A model generated the notes under the pieces. It did not search any database, was not told the DNA's origin, and saw only the letters and a program-made list of their open reading frames with translations. Positions 9,018 through 17,237 of a stretch of DNA of 32,000 bases are shown here, in pieces. The position numbers and the translations under genes were made by a program. The stretch comes from Nitrosopumilaceae archaeon (GTDB lineage: Archaea > Thermoproteota > Nitrososphaeria > Nitrososphaerales > Nitrosopumilaceae). The first letter of the stretch is position 1. Every line of letters begins with the position of its first letter. The stretch spans positions 6,431-38,430 of the forward strand of contig DATKZR010000052.1 of the NCBI GenBank assembly GCA_035527875.1. The letters are read 5' to 3'.

Positions 9018-10751
9018 CTATTCATCTTCTCCTCCACGACCAATATCTCCAAGACCATATTTATCAATGACTTGATTTCTATCCTGATCCTTTTGACTAA
9101 TTTCTTCATTTTCTTTCTTTTCATCACCTTGGTAAACAGTTCTAATTGGCCATGGAATTCTAATGTCATATCTTTTAAATTCTTCATACATGATCATTCT
9201 AAGATCTGTTTTTGTTTTGAATTGAGCTCCATAATCTCTAACATATACAAACATTGTAAAATCTAAAGCAGAATCATTAAATTCATTGAATCTAACAACT
9301 GGCTGAGATATATCGACGTGAAGGTCTTTATCACATCCACAACTTGGTTTATGTTTATCTAGATATGGGCATCTATTTTGTCTAACTAGATGTCGTCCTT
9401 TTCCATCAACAATTTCTTTCATTCCACGTTGTCCAATTTTAACAAGGATAGATGCAACTTGTTGAGGATTATTTAGATATGAAACTCCAACCTTTACTAT
9501 AGCTGGTACCAACTTGTTTTCTTTAGTATAGTTTACAACCTGAGCATTAACTAGATGTCTTGTAGGTATTATAGCGATAGATTCATGCAATGCATCTCTG
9601 ATATAGGTAACTCTAGGCGTGATTTTGTGCACGTATCCATTATATCCAGTGTCCAGTTTGATTCGGTCTCCCTCTTGGAAGATCTTATCTTTTCTAATTA
9701 GCAAATACGCAAAATAATTTTGCATTGTTTCTTGTAAGGCCAAACCTATGCCAATCGCAAATCCACCTGTTGCAGTAGCTAACACAAACAAATCTACTCC
9801 CCACCATGCAACTACCCCAAGAATAGTTGCTACAAAAATTCCAATTGGTAAAATCTGTTTTGTTGATTTTGGTAGACCTTCTCTCTGTTTTTTTGCAAAA
9901 CCCGGAGGTCTTGAACTAGGAATAATTGGTTCAAAGCCATGTGTTCTCTTCTCTTCTCTCCAAACATCTATTGGAAAAATTTCATCAGGCTTTGCCCCTG
10001 GTTTTAATTTTCTTCCTGATTGGTTATTTCCAGTTATACAATTTTTATAATATTTTTGATATTTTACCCTCTCTGATTTCTTCCATTCTTCAAATGGATC
10101 TTTAACTAATTTTTCGTAACTACCTATTGGGTTACCTTTGGTAGTGCGAAATTCTTCAAGATATTGTAAACCTTCTTTGGTTTTGAGATGATTTTGGAAT
10201 TCTTCTTCAGGTATTTCATCTACGGTTCCCTTAGGTGGCATCCATTTGTACAACTTGTGGAACATATCTCCACCATCATCTGAGAATCCTCTAAAATCAA
10301 ACCATGCATCAAAATCTTCTTTTTCAAGAATTGATTTGTCTCGTTTAGTAAGTGCAATTGGAATTAAATGAGAAATGGTGTATCCTATTACTAAAATATT
10401 GAAGGTGTTGAGAATTTTTGCAAAAGTTGCTTCTGGAGATAATTCGCCAGAAATTTCTATTTCCTGCTCAAAAACAGCAGACGTTTGTATGTATGCATTA
10501 GTTGAGGTGATAAGGGCAATTGCAAAAAATGGTAAAACTGCTCGACGAATAAATCTGGATAAATGTGGTCTTGTATAGTAAATTTTACGAGATTTCACCA
10601 AACCAGAAAATTTGCTATATGCTATTGCTATGACAATCATGCCAACAATCATTAGGATAAAGGCAAATTGCAAGGATTCTGATGAGGCAAGCAATTGAGA
10701 TACGGTCTCAAATTCGCCCACTGGAATTTGTGAAATATTCTCTTCAGCCAT
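9018..10751 (-). CDS. Mechanosensitive ion channel, MscS family (large variant)
   Basis: Several TM helices, then the MscS pore/beta-domain signature GFAIGIGLALQETMQNYFAYLLIRKDKIFQEGDRIKL...GYVHKITPRVTYIRD. 577 aa. Confidence 0.85.
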   Translation of the reverse strand: MAEENISQIPVGEFETVSQLLASSESLQFAFILMIVGMIVIAIAYSKFSGLVKSRKIYYTRPHLSRFIRRAVLPFFAIALITSTNAYIQTSAVFEQEIEISGELSPEATFAKILNTFNILVIGYTISHLIPIALTKRDKSILEKEDFDAWFDFRGFSDDGGDMFHKLYKWMPPKGTVDEIPEEEFQNHLKTKEGLQYLEEFRTTKGNPIGSYEKLVKDPFEEWKKSERVKYQKYYKNCITGNNQSGRKLKPGAKPDEIFPIDVWREEKRTHGFEPIIPSSRPPGFAKKQREGLPKSTKQILPIGIFVATILGVVAWWGVDLFVLATATGGFAIGIGLALQETMQNYFAYLLIRKDKIFQEGDRIKLDTGYNGYVHKITPRVTYIRDALHESIAIIPTRHLVNAQVVNYTKENKLVPAIVKVGVSYLNNPQQVASILVKIGQRGMKEIVDGKGRHLVRQNRCPYLDKHKPSCGCDKDLHVDISQPVVRFNEFNDSALDFTMFVYVRDYGAQFKTKTDLRMIMYEEFKRYDIRIPWPIRTVYQGDEKKENEEISQKDQDRNQVIDKYGLGDIGRGGEDE

Positions 10752-10912
10752 GATTTTCTCTCTTCTTATTCATTTTATTTTCTAGAATACAAAGGTTAAC
10801 CTATTTTAACACGTCTTGTAGCAATTAAAATCAAAATTATTGTCAATTTTTATTCTTTTTCTAGCCTAAAAACTATGTAACCTTTAACAAGGGTAAATAG
10901 TAATTATATGAA

Positions 10913-12277
10913 ATGACACATCAAGAGACAATTTGGAATGAATCTCCCTCTCTAAAGTCATACACATTAGCAAATTTTCGTGATCTTCCACAAATACAGA
11001 AATTTTCTGAACAAACACAATTTGAAATGGAAGTTGTAGGAAATGTTTTGCCGTTTAAAGCCAATAACTATGTTGTTGAACAATTAATTGATTGGAATAA
11101 TATTCCAAATGACCCAATGTATGTTCTAACTTTTCCACAAAAAGGTATGCTTCAACCGGAACATTTTGAAAAAATGTCAACCACTTTAAAAAATAATTCT
11201 GATAAAAAAGAAATTGCCAATGTTGCAAATGAAATCCGTTTACAACTAAATCCACATCCGGCAGGACAAATGGAGCTAAATGTTCCTACACTAAAAGATG
11301 GAACAAAATTATATGGAATGCAACATAAATACAAAGAAACATGTCTATTTTTCCCAAGTCAAAGTCAAACTTGTCATGCATATTGCAGCTTTTGTTTTAG
11401 ATGGCCACAATTTGTTGGAATGGATGAAATGAAATTTGCGATGAAAGAAGGAGAACAACTAGTCCAATACTTAATTGAACATCCAGAAATTTCTGATGTA
11501 TTATTTACTGGTGGTGATCCAATGATTATGAAGGCCAAAATATTTTCAAAATACATTGATACTTTAATTGACGCAAAACTTCCAAACTTAAAGACAATTA
11601 GGATTGGAACTAAATCTCTTTCTTATTGGCCATACAAATTCCTAACAGATAATGATTCTGAGCAAATGTTAGATATTTTTAGAAAAGTCACCAAAAATGG
11701 TCTCCATCTTGCCTTTATGGGACATTTTAATCATTTAACTGAATTATCAACTGATTCTGTAAAAAAAGCAATTCAAGAAGTTAGAGCCACAGGAGCTCAG
11801 ATTCGAACACAATCCCCACTTTTGGCTCACATTAATGATGATGCAGATATGTGGGCCAAAATGTGGAATACCCAAGTTCAATTAGGATGCATCCCTTACT
11901 ACATGTTTGTTGTAAGAGATACTGGCGCTCAGCATTACTTTGGGGTACCGTTAGCAAAAGCCCAAGAAATTTTTAGAAATGCCTACAAAAAAGTTACCGG
12001 TCTTGCTAGAACTGTTAGAGGTCCTAGCATGTCAGCCACTCCTGGCAAAGTTCAGGTATTAGGTGTTGTTTCAATTAAGGGAGAAAAAGTGTTTTCTTTG
12101 CGTTTCTTACAAGGAAGGAATCCAGAATGGGTTCAAAGGCCATTTTTTGCAAAATACGATGAAAATGCCATATGGTTAGATGAGTTAAAACCTGCCTTTA
12201 CAGAAAAATTCTTTTTTGAAGAGGAATTGAATAAAATTAAAAAAACAAAAACCTATGAAGACTATCCAGAATCTTAA
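10913..12277 (+). CDS. KamA-family radical SAM/PLP amino acid 2,3-aminomutase-like enzyme (substrate probably not lysine)
   Basis: CHAYCSFCFRW (CxxxCxxC), FTGGDP and a PLP-lysine context ATPGK. A by-eye alignment to lysine 2,3-aminomutase puts Arg and Ser at the two lysine-binding Asp positions (see findings). Confidence 0.85.
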   Translation: MTHQETIWNESPSLKSYTLANFRDLPQIQKFSEQTQFEMEVVGNVLPFKANNYVVEQLIDWNNIPNDPMYVLTFPQKGMLQPEHFEKMSTTLKNNSDKKEIANVANEIRLQLNPHPAGQMELNVPTLKDGTKLYGMQHKYKETCLFFPSQSQTCHAYCSFCFRWPQFVGMDEMKFAMKEGEQLVQYLIEHPEISDVLFTGGDPMIMKAKIFSKYIDTLIDAKLPNLKTIRIGTKSLSYWPYKFLTDNDSEQMLDIFRKVTKNGLHLAFMGHFNHLTELSTDSVKKAIQEVRATGAQIRTQSPLLAHINDDADMWAKMWNTQVQLGCIPYYMFVVRDTGAQHYFGVPLAKAQEIFRNAYKKVTGLARTVRGPSMSATPGKVQVLGVVSIKGEKVFSLRFLQGRNPEWVQRPFFAKYDENAIWLDELKPAFTEKFFFEEELNKIKKTKTYEDYPES

Positions 12278-12349
12278 GTTTTACCTTACTATATGGACAA
12301 AACAATCTTACTAACTAACATTAGTAATTTGGTTTTCTAAAAAAACTAG

Positions 12350-13795
12350 TTGAACGCAGATCAAGTACTACAAACGTTGAAGGACGACGATATTTCATTT
12401 GTAAATCTTTGGTTTGTAGATATTTTCGGTGAATTACACAGACTTGGAATGCCAAGTTATGCTATTGATAAACAAAGTTTTGAAAATGGATTAGAAAAAT
12501 TAGATGCAAGCTCCATTGTTGGGTTCAAATCTGTAAATAATTCAGATATGATTCTTAAACCAGATCCAAAGTCTTTTAGAATTTTGCCTAATGATTATGA
12601 TCCAGGAACTAGAAAAAATGCAATTCTGTTTTGTGATCTGTACGAAGGAAATGCAGAAAAAGAAGTAAGATACAACCGAGATTCACGAGGAATTGCTTTC
12701 AAGGCTTCTGAACAATTAAAGAATTTTGATATAACTCATACTAACTGGGGTCCAGAAATTGAATTTTTTGTTTTTGATGCAATTAACATTTATCCATCAC
12801 CATATGGAGCTACCCACTCAGGCGGAGGATCAGGATATTCAATAGAATCAAAAGAATCCCCTTGGGCCAAAGGAAATGTTAGTACTGCAATTGATATCAA
12901 AGAAGGATATTACCCAGCTCAACCAAAGGATACTCTTGAAACTTTTAGAAAAGATGTTTGCGATGATCTTTACAATAATTTTGGAATAAAAATAGAAGCA
13001 GAACATCACGAAGTTGCAACGTCAGGACAATGTGAAATTAATTTGGTATATGATGAAATGGTGGCCATGGCAGATAGTGTAGTTACAGTAAAAAATGTTG
13101 TCAAAGTCAAAGCCAAGCGTAAAAATAAGGTAGCTACCTTTATGCCAAAACCAATTTTTGGGGATAATGCATCGGCTATGCATACTCATGTGAGTTTATG
13201 GAAGGATAAAGTCAATGTCATGTTTGATCCGACTGATGACGTGGCACAAATGAGTCAAATCGGTCGATATTACATTGGGGGAATTTTGAATCATGCTTCT
13301 GCACTTTGTGCAATAACAAATCCCACAACTAATTCCTATAAACGATTGGTACCTGGATTTGAAGCACCAGTCAATGTTTGTTGGGGAATGGGAAATCGTT
13401 CGGCTGCCATACGTGTTCCGATGTATTATAGAAATCAGGAAAAAAGTAAAAGAATGGAGTATCGTGTACCTGATCCTACCGCAAACATTTACCTTCTTGA
13501 AGCTGCTTTGCTATTAGCTGGATTGGACGGAATAAAAAATAAAATTGATCCTGGAGATCCCGTTGAAGAAAATGTTTACAAATTAAGTACAGAAAAGAAA
13601 AGAGAATACCATATTGGTTCCCTACCAGTTTCATTAAAGGGCGCACTTGATTCGTTGAACAGTGATCAACAATTTTTAGAAGAAGTTTTTACAAAAGACT
13701 TTCTTGAAAAGTATAAAGAGTTAAAATACAAAGAATATGTAGCATTTGCTCAAACCCCAACTGCCTGGGAAGTATCAATGTATGCTGATGCATAA
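12350..13795 (+). CDS. glnA: Glutamine synthetase, type I
   Basis: FVNLWFVDIFG, EHHEVATSGQCEINL, FMPKPIFGDNASAMHTHVSLW and NSYKRLVPGFEAP are hallmark GS motifs. TTG is the only possible start because a TAG lies immediately upstream in frame. Confidence 0.9.
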   Translation: MNADQVLQTLKDDDISFVNLWFVDIFGELHRLGMPSYAIDKQSFENGLEKLDASSIVGFKSVNNSDMILKPDPKSFRILPNDYDPGTRKNAILFCDLYEGNAEKEVRYNRDSRGIAFKASEQLKNFDITHTNWGPEIEFFVFDAINIYPSPYGATHSGGGSGYSIESKESPWAKGNVSTAIDIKEGYYPAQPKDTLETFRKDVCDDLYNNFGIKIEAEHHEVATSGQCEINLVYDEMVAMADSVVTVKNVVKVKAKRKNKVATFMPKPIFGDNASAMHTHVSLWKDKVNVMFDPTDDVAQMSQIGRYYIGGILNHASALCAITNPTTNSYKRLVPGFEAPVNVCWGMGNRSAAIRVPMYYRNQEKSKRMEYRVPDPTANIYLLEAALLLAGLDGIKNKIDPGDPVEENVYKLSTEKKREYHIGSLPVSLKGALDSLNSDQQFLEEVFTKDFLEKYKELKYKEYVAFAQTPTAWEVSMYADA

Positions 13796-13883
13796 AAAAT
13801 TACCCGTAAAATTATTAAATTTCAAAATTCAGATCAAGAAACCTGCTATAACATTTTTAACTTGAAATTTAGTTTTTCGTTTA

Positions 13884-14522
13884 TTGGATTTTCGACAGAT
13901 AGCCCTGATATGCCTAGTAATCCCTGCATTTTTTGGTAATGCGTTTGGACATACTGTAGATTCTGTAGGTGATTTTAGATTAGAAATTGGATGGATGAAT
14001 GAGCCTATAGTATCAGGTGAAACAAACGGAATTGAACTATTTGTTAGTCCTCTTGAACCTGACTTGACTTTTGAAGAACAAGAATTCAAAAATGGAGTAT
14101 CTGGGCTTGAAAAATCTTTGAAAATTCAATTAATTATAAAAGAAGATAAAATTACTCTTCCATTATCAGCAGATCATAATATTCCTGGAAAATATTATGC
14201 ATTTGTAAATCCAACAGTATCAGGGTTTTACCAGGCAAATATCTTAGGAAATATTGGAGACACACAAGTTAGTTTATCTATGCATCCACCTAAGGTAGAA
14301 GAAAGAAAATACATTGAATTTCCTGAATCATCTGATTTAACATTGACCCAACTAATAGATGGACATACTACTCTTGTTGGAGAAATAAACGATCTCAATG
14401 AATCAGTTTCCCAACTTGAAGAAATTAATCATCAAATGAATATTGGATACATAGGAATAGGCCTAGGAATTATAGGAATTGTTATTGCATTAATTGCTTT
14501 AAGCAAAAAAAAGAAAAATTAA
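13884..14522 (+). CDS. Secreted, C-terminally TM-anchored hypothetical protein; the predicted mature N-terminus begins with His
   Basis: Signal peptide ...LVIPAFFGNAFG followed by HTVDSVGDFRLEIGWMNEP. C-terminal TM IGYIGIGLGIIGIVIALIAL followed by SKKKKN. TTG start. Confidence 0.6.
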   Translation: MDFRQIALICLVIPAFFGNAFGHTVDSVGDFRLEIGWMNEPIVSGETNGIELFVSPLEPDLTFEEQEFKNGVSGLEKSLKIQLIIKEDKITLPLSADHNIPGKYYAFVNPTVSGFYQANILGNIGDTQVSLSMHPPKVEERKYIEFPESSDLTLTQLIDGHTTLVGEINDLNESVSQLEEINHQMNIGYIGIGLGIIGIVIALIALSKKKKN

Positions 14523-14528
14523 TGTATT

Positions 14529-15812
14529 CTAAGAATTTTTTCGTTTCTTATTCAAAAAATAGAATATAACACCTGCACCAATAATCCCAACTCCCACAAG
14601 TACGACTTCAATTTCAAACTGAAAGGCCATATACACTGAAATTCCTACTCCAAACAGTGGAAGAATTGGAAGTTTTCCGATATTGATGGGAACTTTAAAT
14701 TTTCGTTCAATGTCAGGTTCTGTATAACGTAAAACAATAACAGCTAAATTTACCGCGGCAAAAGTAATTACAATGGCAAAGACGGCAATGTTCGCAACAA
14801 TTACAATATCTCCAATAAATGTAAATGCAATCGAAGTTATCATGATTACAACGATAGCTATCCAAGGTGTTTTTGTTTTGAAATGAATTTTTTCTAGTAT
14901 GGAGGGAAATACTTTTTCTTTTGCCATACCATAAAAAATTCTAGAGCCTGCAACAAGTGTAATCAAAACAGTATTGGTTATGGCAAAAAGGGCAATAGAT
15001 GAAAGCAAGATATGCGCTTCTGCACCCAGTCCTTTTTCGGCCACTAAGGCCAATGGTGCAGCTGAGGTAGCAAGTTCTTCCCAATTTACGACTCGAACTA
15101 CAGCCAAAGAAACTAGTATGTAAAATATACCCGATATTACAACTGAAAGGATTATTGCTCTCGGGAGCGTTTTTTTAGGTTTTTTTACTTCTTCAGCTAC
15201 ATTTGCCATATCTTCAAATCCAATAAATGCAAAAAATATCAATACAAATGCAATAGCTATTCCAGTGAAACCTGATGGACTTTCAGTATAATTTACAGGT
15301 TCTGGATTACTAATAGTAAAACCAATAATTATAATCAGTATTAATCCAGCGGCTTCAATTATTGTAAAAATAGTATTGGTCCAAGATGATTCTCTAATTC
15401 CAACAAAATTTACTATTGAGAGAATAACTAACAGACCAATAGCCGAAATAATTATGGGAACATCTACAAATTCAGCAAAATATCCGCCAAATCCTAAGGC
15501 TACTGTTGCCGCAGTAATTATGGATGTAATAGCTGTTAACCATCCTATTACAAAAGCAAAAAAATTATTTTTGAAGGCATTTTTAATGAAAACATATTCT
15601 GCAGCGGCCTTTGGAAATAATGATGATAATTCTGCATAACTAAATCCTGCAAACAATGCAACAATAGATCCCAAGGCAAAGGCTATCCATACAGAATCTC
15701 CAGCAAAACCAGCAGCTTCTCCAATTAGTACATAAATTCCAGCGCCAAGAATCAATCCAACTCCATACATTGTAAGTTGGAAAAGTCCCATTCGTCTTTT
15801 TAGCTCAGACAT
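14529..15812 (-). CDS. Amino acid/polyamine (APC superfamily) permease
   Basis: 427 aa with about 12 predicted TM helices and the N-terminal pattern LFQLTMYGVGLILGAGIYVLIGEAA typical of APC transporters. Confidence 0.85.
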   Translation of the reverse strand: MSELKRRMGLFQLTMYGVGLILGAGIYVLIGEAAGFAGDSVWIAFALGSIVALFAGFSYAELSSLFPKAAAEYVFIKNAFKNNFFAFVIGWLTAITSIITAATVALGFGGYFAEFVDVPIIISAIGLLVILSIVNFVGIRESSWTNTIFTIIEAAGLILIIIIGFTISNPEPVNYTESPSGFTGIAIAFVLIFFAFIGFEDMANVAEEVKKPKKTLPRAIILSVVISGIFYILVSLAVVRVVNWEELATSAAPLALVAEKGLGAEAHILLSSIALFAITNTVLITLVAGSRIFYGMAKEKVFPSILEKIHFKTKTPWIAIVVIMITSIAFTFIGDIVIVANIAVFAIVITFAAVNLAVIVLRYTEPDIERKFKVPINIGKLPILPLFGVGISVYMAFQFEIEVVLVGVGIIGAGVIFYFLNKKRKNS

Positions 15813-15814
15813 AA

Positions 15815-16233
15815 TTATTCTCCAATGATTTGCAATATTAGGTCTCTATTTCTACTCCTTGTATTCAATTCAACAAAAACAATTTGTTGCCATCTACCTA
15901 AACATAATTTTTTTCCAATAAACGGAACGGTCAGAGAAGGGCCCACTAATGATGCCTTTACATGAGAATGACCATTACCATCATGCCACATCTGTTTATG
16001 TCCATAATCAAGATCTTTAGGGCTATTCTACTTAGCATTTCAGGAAAATCTTTGATCAATCCAGGCTCATATTCAATAGTAATTATCGACCCAGTAGAGC
16101 CTGAAACAAAAATTGTGATAATGCTTATTGAAACACCCGATCGTTTAACAAAATCTGAAGTCTCTTGGGTCAAATCAATCATGTCATCTTCGCCTTTAGA
16201 ATGGATTTTAATTAATTTTGTTGAAACTGTCAT
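15815..16233 (-). pseudogene. yjbQ: yjbQ/UPF0047 family (secondary thiamine-phosphate synthase-like) gene interrupted by a 1-nt frameshift
   Basis: The track ORF 15958-16233 encodes the N-terminal part (…GSTGSIITIEYEPGLIKDFPEMLSRIA) and then runs into nonsense. Another minus-strand frame continues with PKDLDYGHKQMWHDGNGHSHVKASLVGPSLTVPFIGKKLCLGRWQQIVFVELNTRSRNRDLILQIIGE*, the canonical YjbQ C-terminus. The frames join at the CCC run (plus-strand GGG 16020-16022). One extra C would restore a 139-aa protein. Confidence 0.8.
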
Positions 16234-16292
16234 TCTCTAACAAAAGCAATTCGAGGAATTTAACATACATCTAAATTATCAAAAATGGTTTA

Positions 16293-16538
16293 TTGGGTAT
16301 GGTTTTTCAGCTGGTTGTTGTTTTAGTGATTCCCATAATATTAGGGATAGTTGTTGTTCCACCGTTTGATCCCCCCGAAGAACCCCCAGAAACTATTGCT
16401 GTTCCAGATGAACTAATTTCTGATATACCAGATAGATATTTTATTTATTTTTTCCTTATGATAATATGGCTTTTTTTCTTAATTAGAATTTTACTTCAAA
16501 TTAGGAAAGGCACTTTTAATATTCAAAGAAAATTTTGA
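16293..16538 (+). CDS. Possible small membrane protein (two TM helices flanking an acidic Pro-rich loop)
   Basis: The only ORF of at least 60 aa in the 360-bp gap. Hydrophobic segments LVVVLVIPIILGIVVV and FIYFFLMIIWLFFLIRILL. No recognisable family. Confidence 0.3.
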   Translation: MGMVFQLVVVLVIPIILGIVVVPPFDPPEEPPETIAVPDELISDIPDRYFIYFFLMIIWLFFLIRILLQIRKGTFNIQRKF

Positions 16539-16595
16539 TTAAATTAATTTTAAACTAATAACAAATCTCTAATGAGAAGACTTTGATTTTAATTT

Positions 16596-17129
16596 TTAGC
16601 GTACTGTTATTGTTCCAACTCGCCAGGGATGGAAAGAACAATAGTAATTGTACACTCCGGATTCATCAAACGTATGCTCAAATGTTTCACTTGTCTTAAG
16701 AGGTGCACTGTTAAACAAACCAATTATCGACCCTTTCTCGTCTAGACTTTGTATCGTGTGAGGCACAGAATCATCATTTATCCATTCCACATTTGTACCA
16801 ATAGTTATCTCAAGATTCAAGGGAATGTAAAATCCAGTTTGTGCTACATCAAAATTTCCATTTGGAATTAAAATGCTTGAAGTAAGACTTTCAGAAATAA
16901 CTCCCCCTGTTTTATCCTTCTCTAGGTCGATAAGATCATTTTCTATTAGAAATTTTATAGCATTTAGAAATTCAGTTTCTGAGATTGAACCCTCTCCATA
17001 CCATAGGGCTGTATTTTTAATCCACGGTGGGATACTTTCAGCAGAAGCCGTTGAGTAAAAAATCATAGAACCAAACAATAAGACACTACAAACAACAATG
17101 ACACTAAATTTTTGCCTCCCTCTCAACAC
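16596..17129 (-). CDS. Secreted cupredoxin (plastocyanin-like) with an N-terminal Trp-rich module and a non-Met residue at the axial-ligand position
   Basis: Signal/anchor FSVIVVCSVLLFGSMIFYSTASA. Module IPPWIKNTALWYGEGSISETEFLNAIKFLIENDLIDL (16923-17033). Cupredoxin ligand pattern VPHTIQS ... YYCSFHPWRVG. Confidence 0.8.
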   Translation of the reverse strand: MLRGRQKFSVIVVCSVLLFGSMIFYSTASAESIPPWIKNTALWYGEGSISETEFLNAIKFLIENDLIDLEKDKTGGVISESLTSSILIPNGNFDVAQTGFYIPLNLEITIGTNVEWINDDSVPHTIQSLDEKGSIIGLFNSAPLKTSETFEHTFDESGVYNYYCSFHPWRVGTITVR

Positions 17130-17237
17130 TAAATATTGTTTTTAATTTATTTAAAAAGGATCCATAAATTCCAATTTTGATAATTTGATTTATAAGAATT
17201 TCAATAAATTTAATATAATTTGTAAAATTTATGTTTT

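Noticed and set aside
10779-10885. TTTCTAG direct repeats (10779-10785, 10858-10864) and the AAAGGTTA / TAACCTTT inverted pair (10791-10798, 10878-10885) in the mscS-kamA divergent intergenic region, as a possible osmoregulatory operator.
   Set aside because: The elements are only 7-8 nt long, about 80 bp apart and AT-rich. TTCTAG-type hexamers are expected many times by chance in this window. They are worth checking only if conserved in orthologous regions.
16020-16022. Programmed ribosomal frameshifting as the explanation for the split yjbQ.
   Set aside because: There is no slippery heptamer or downstream structure, and the site is a simple C3 run. A deletion or a homopolymer base-call error is far more parsimonious.
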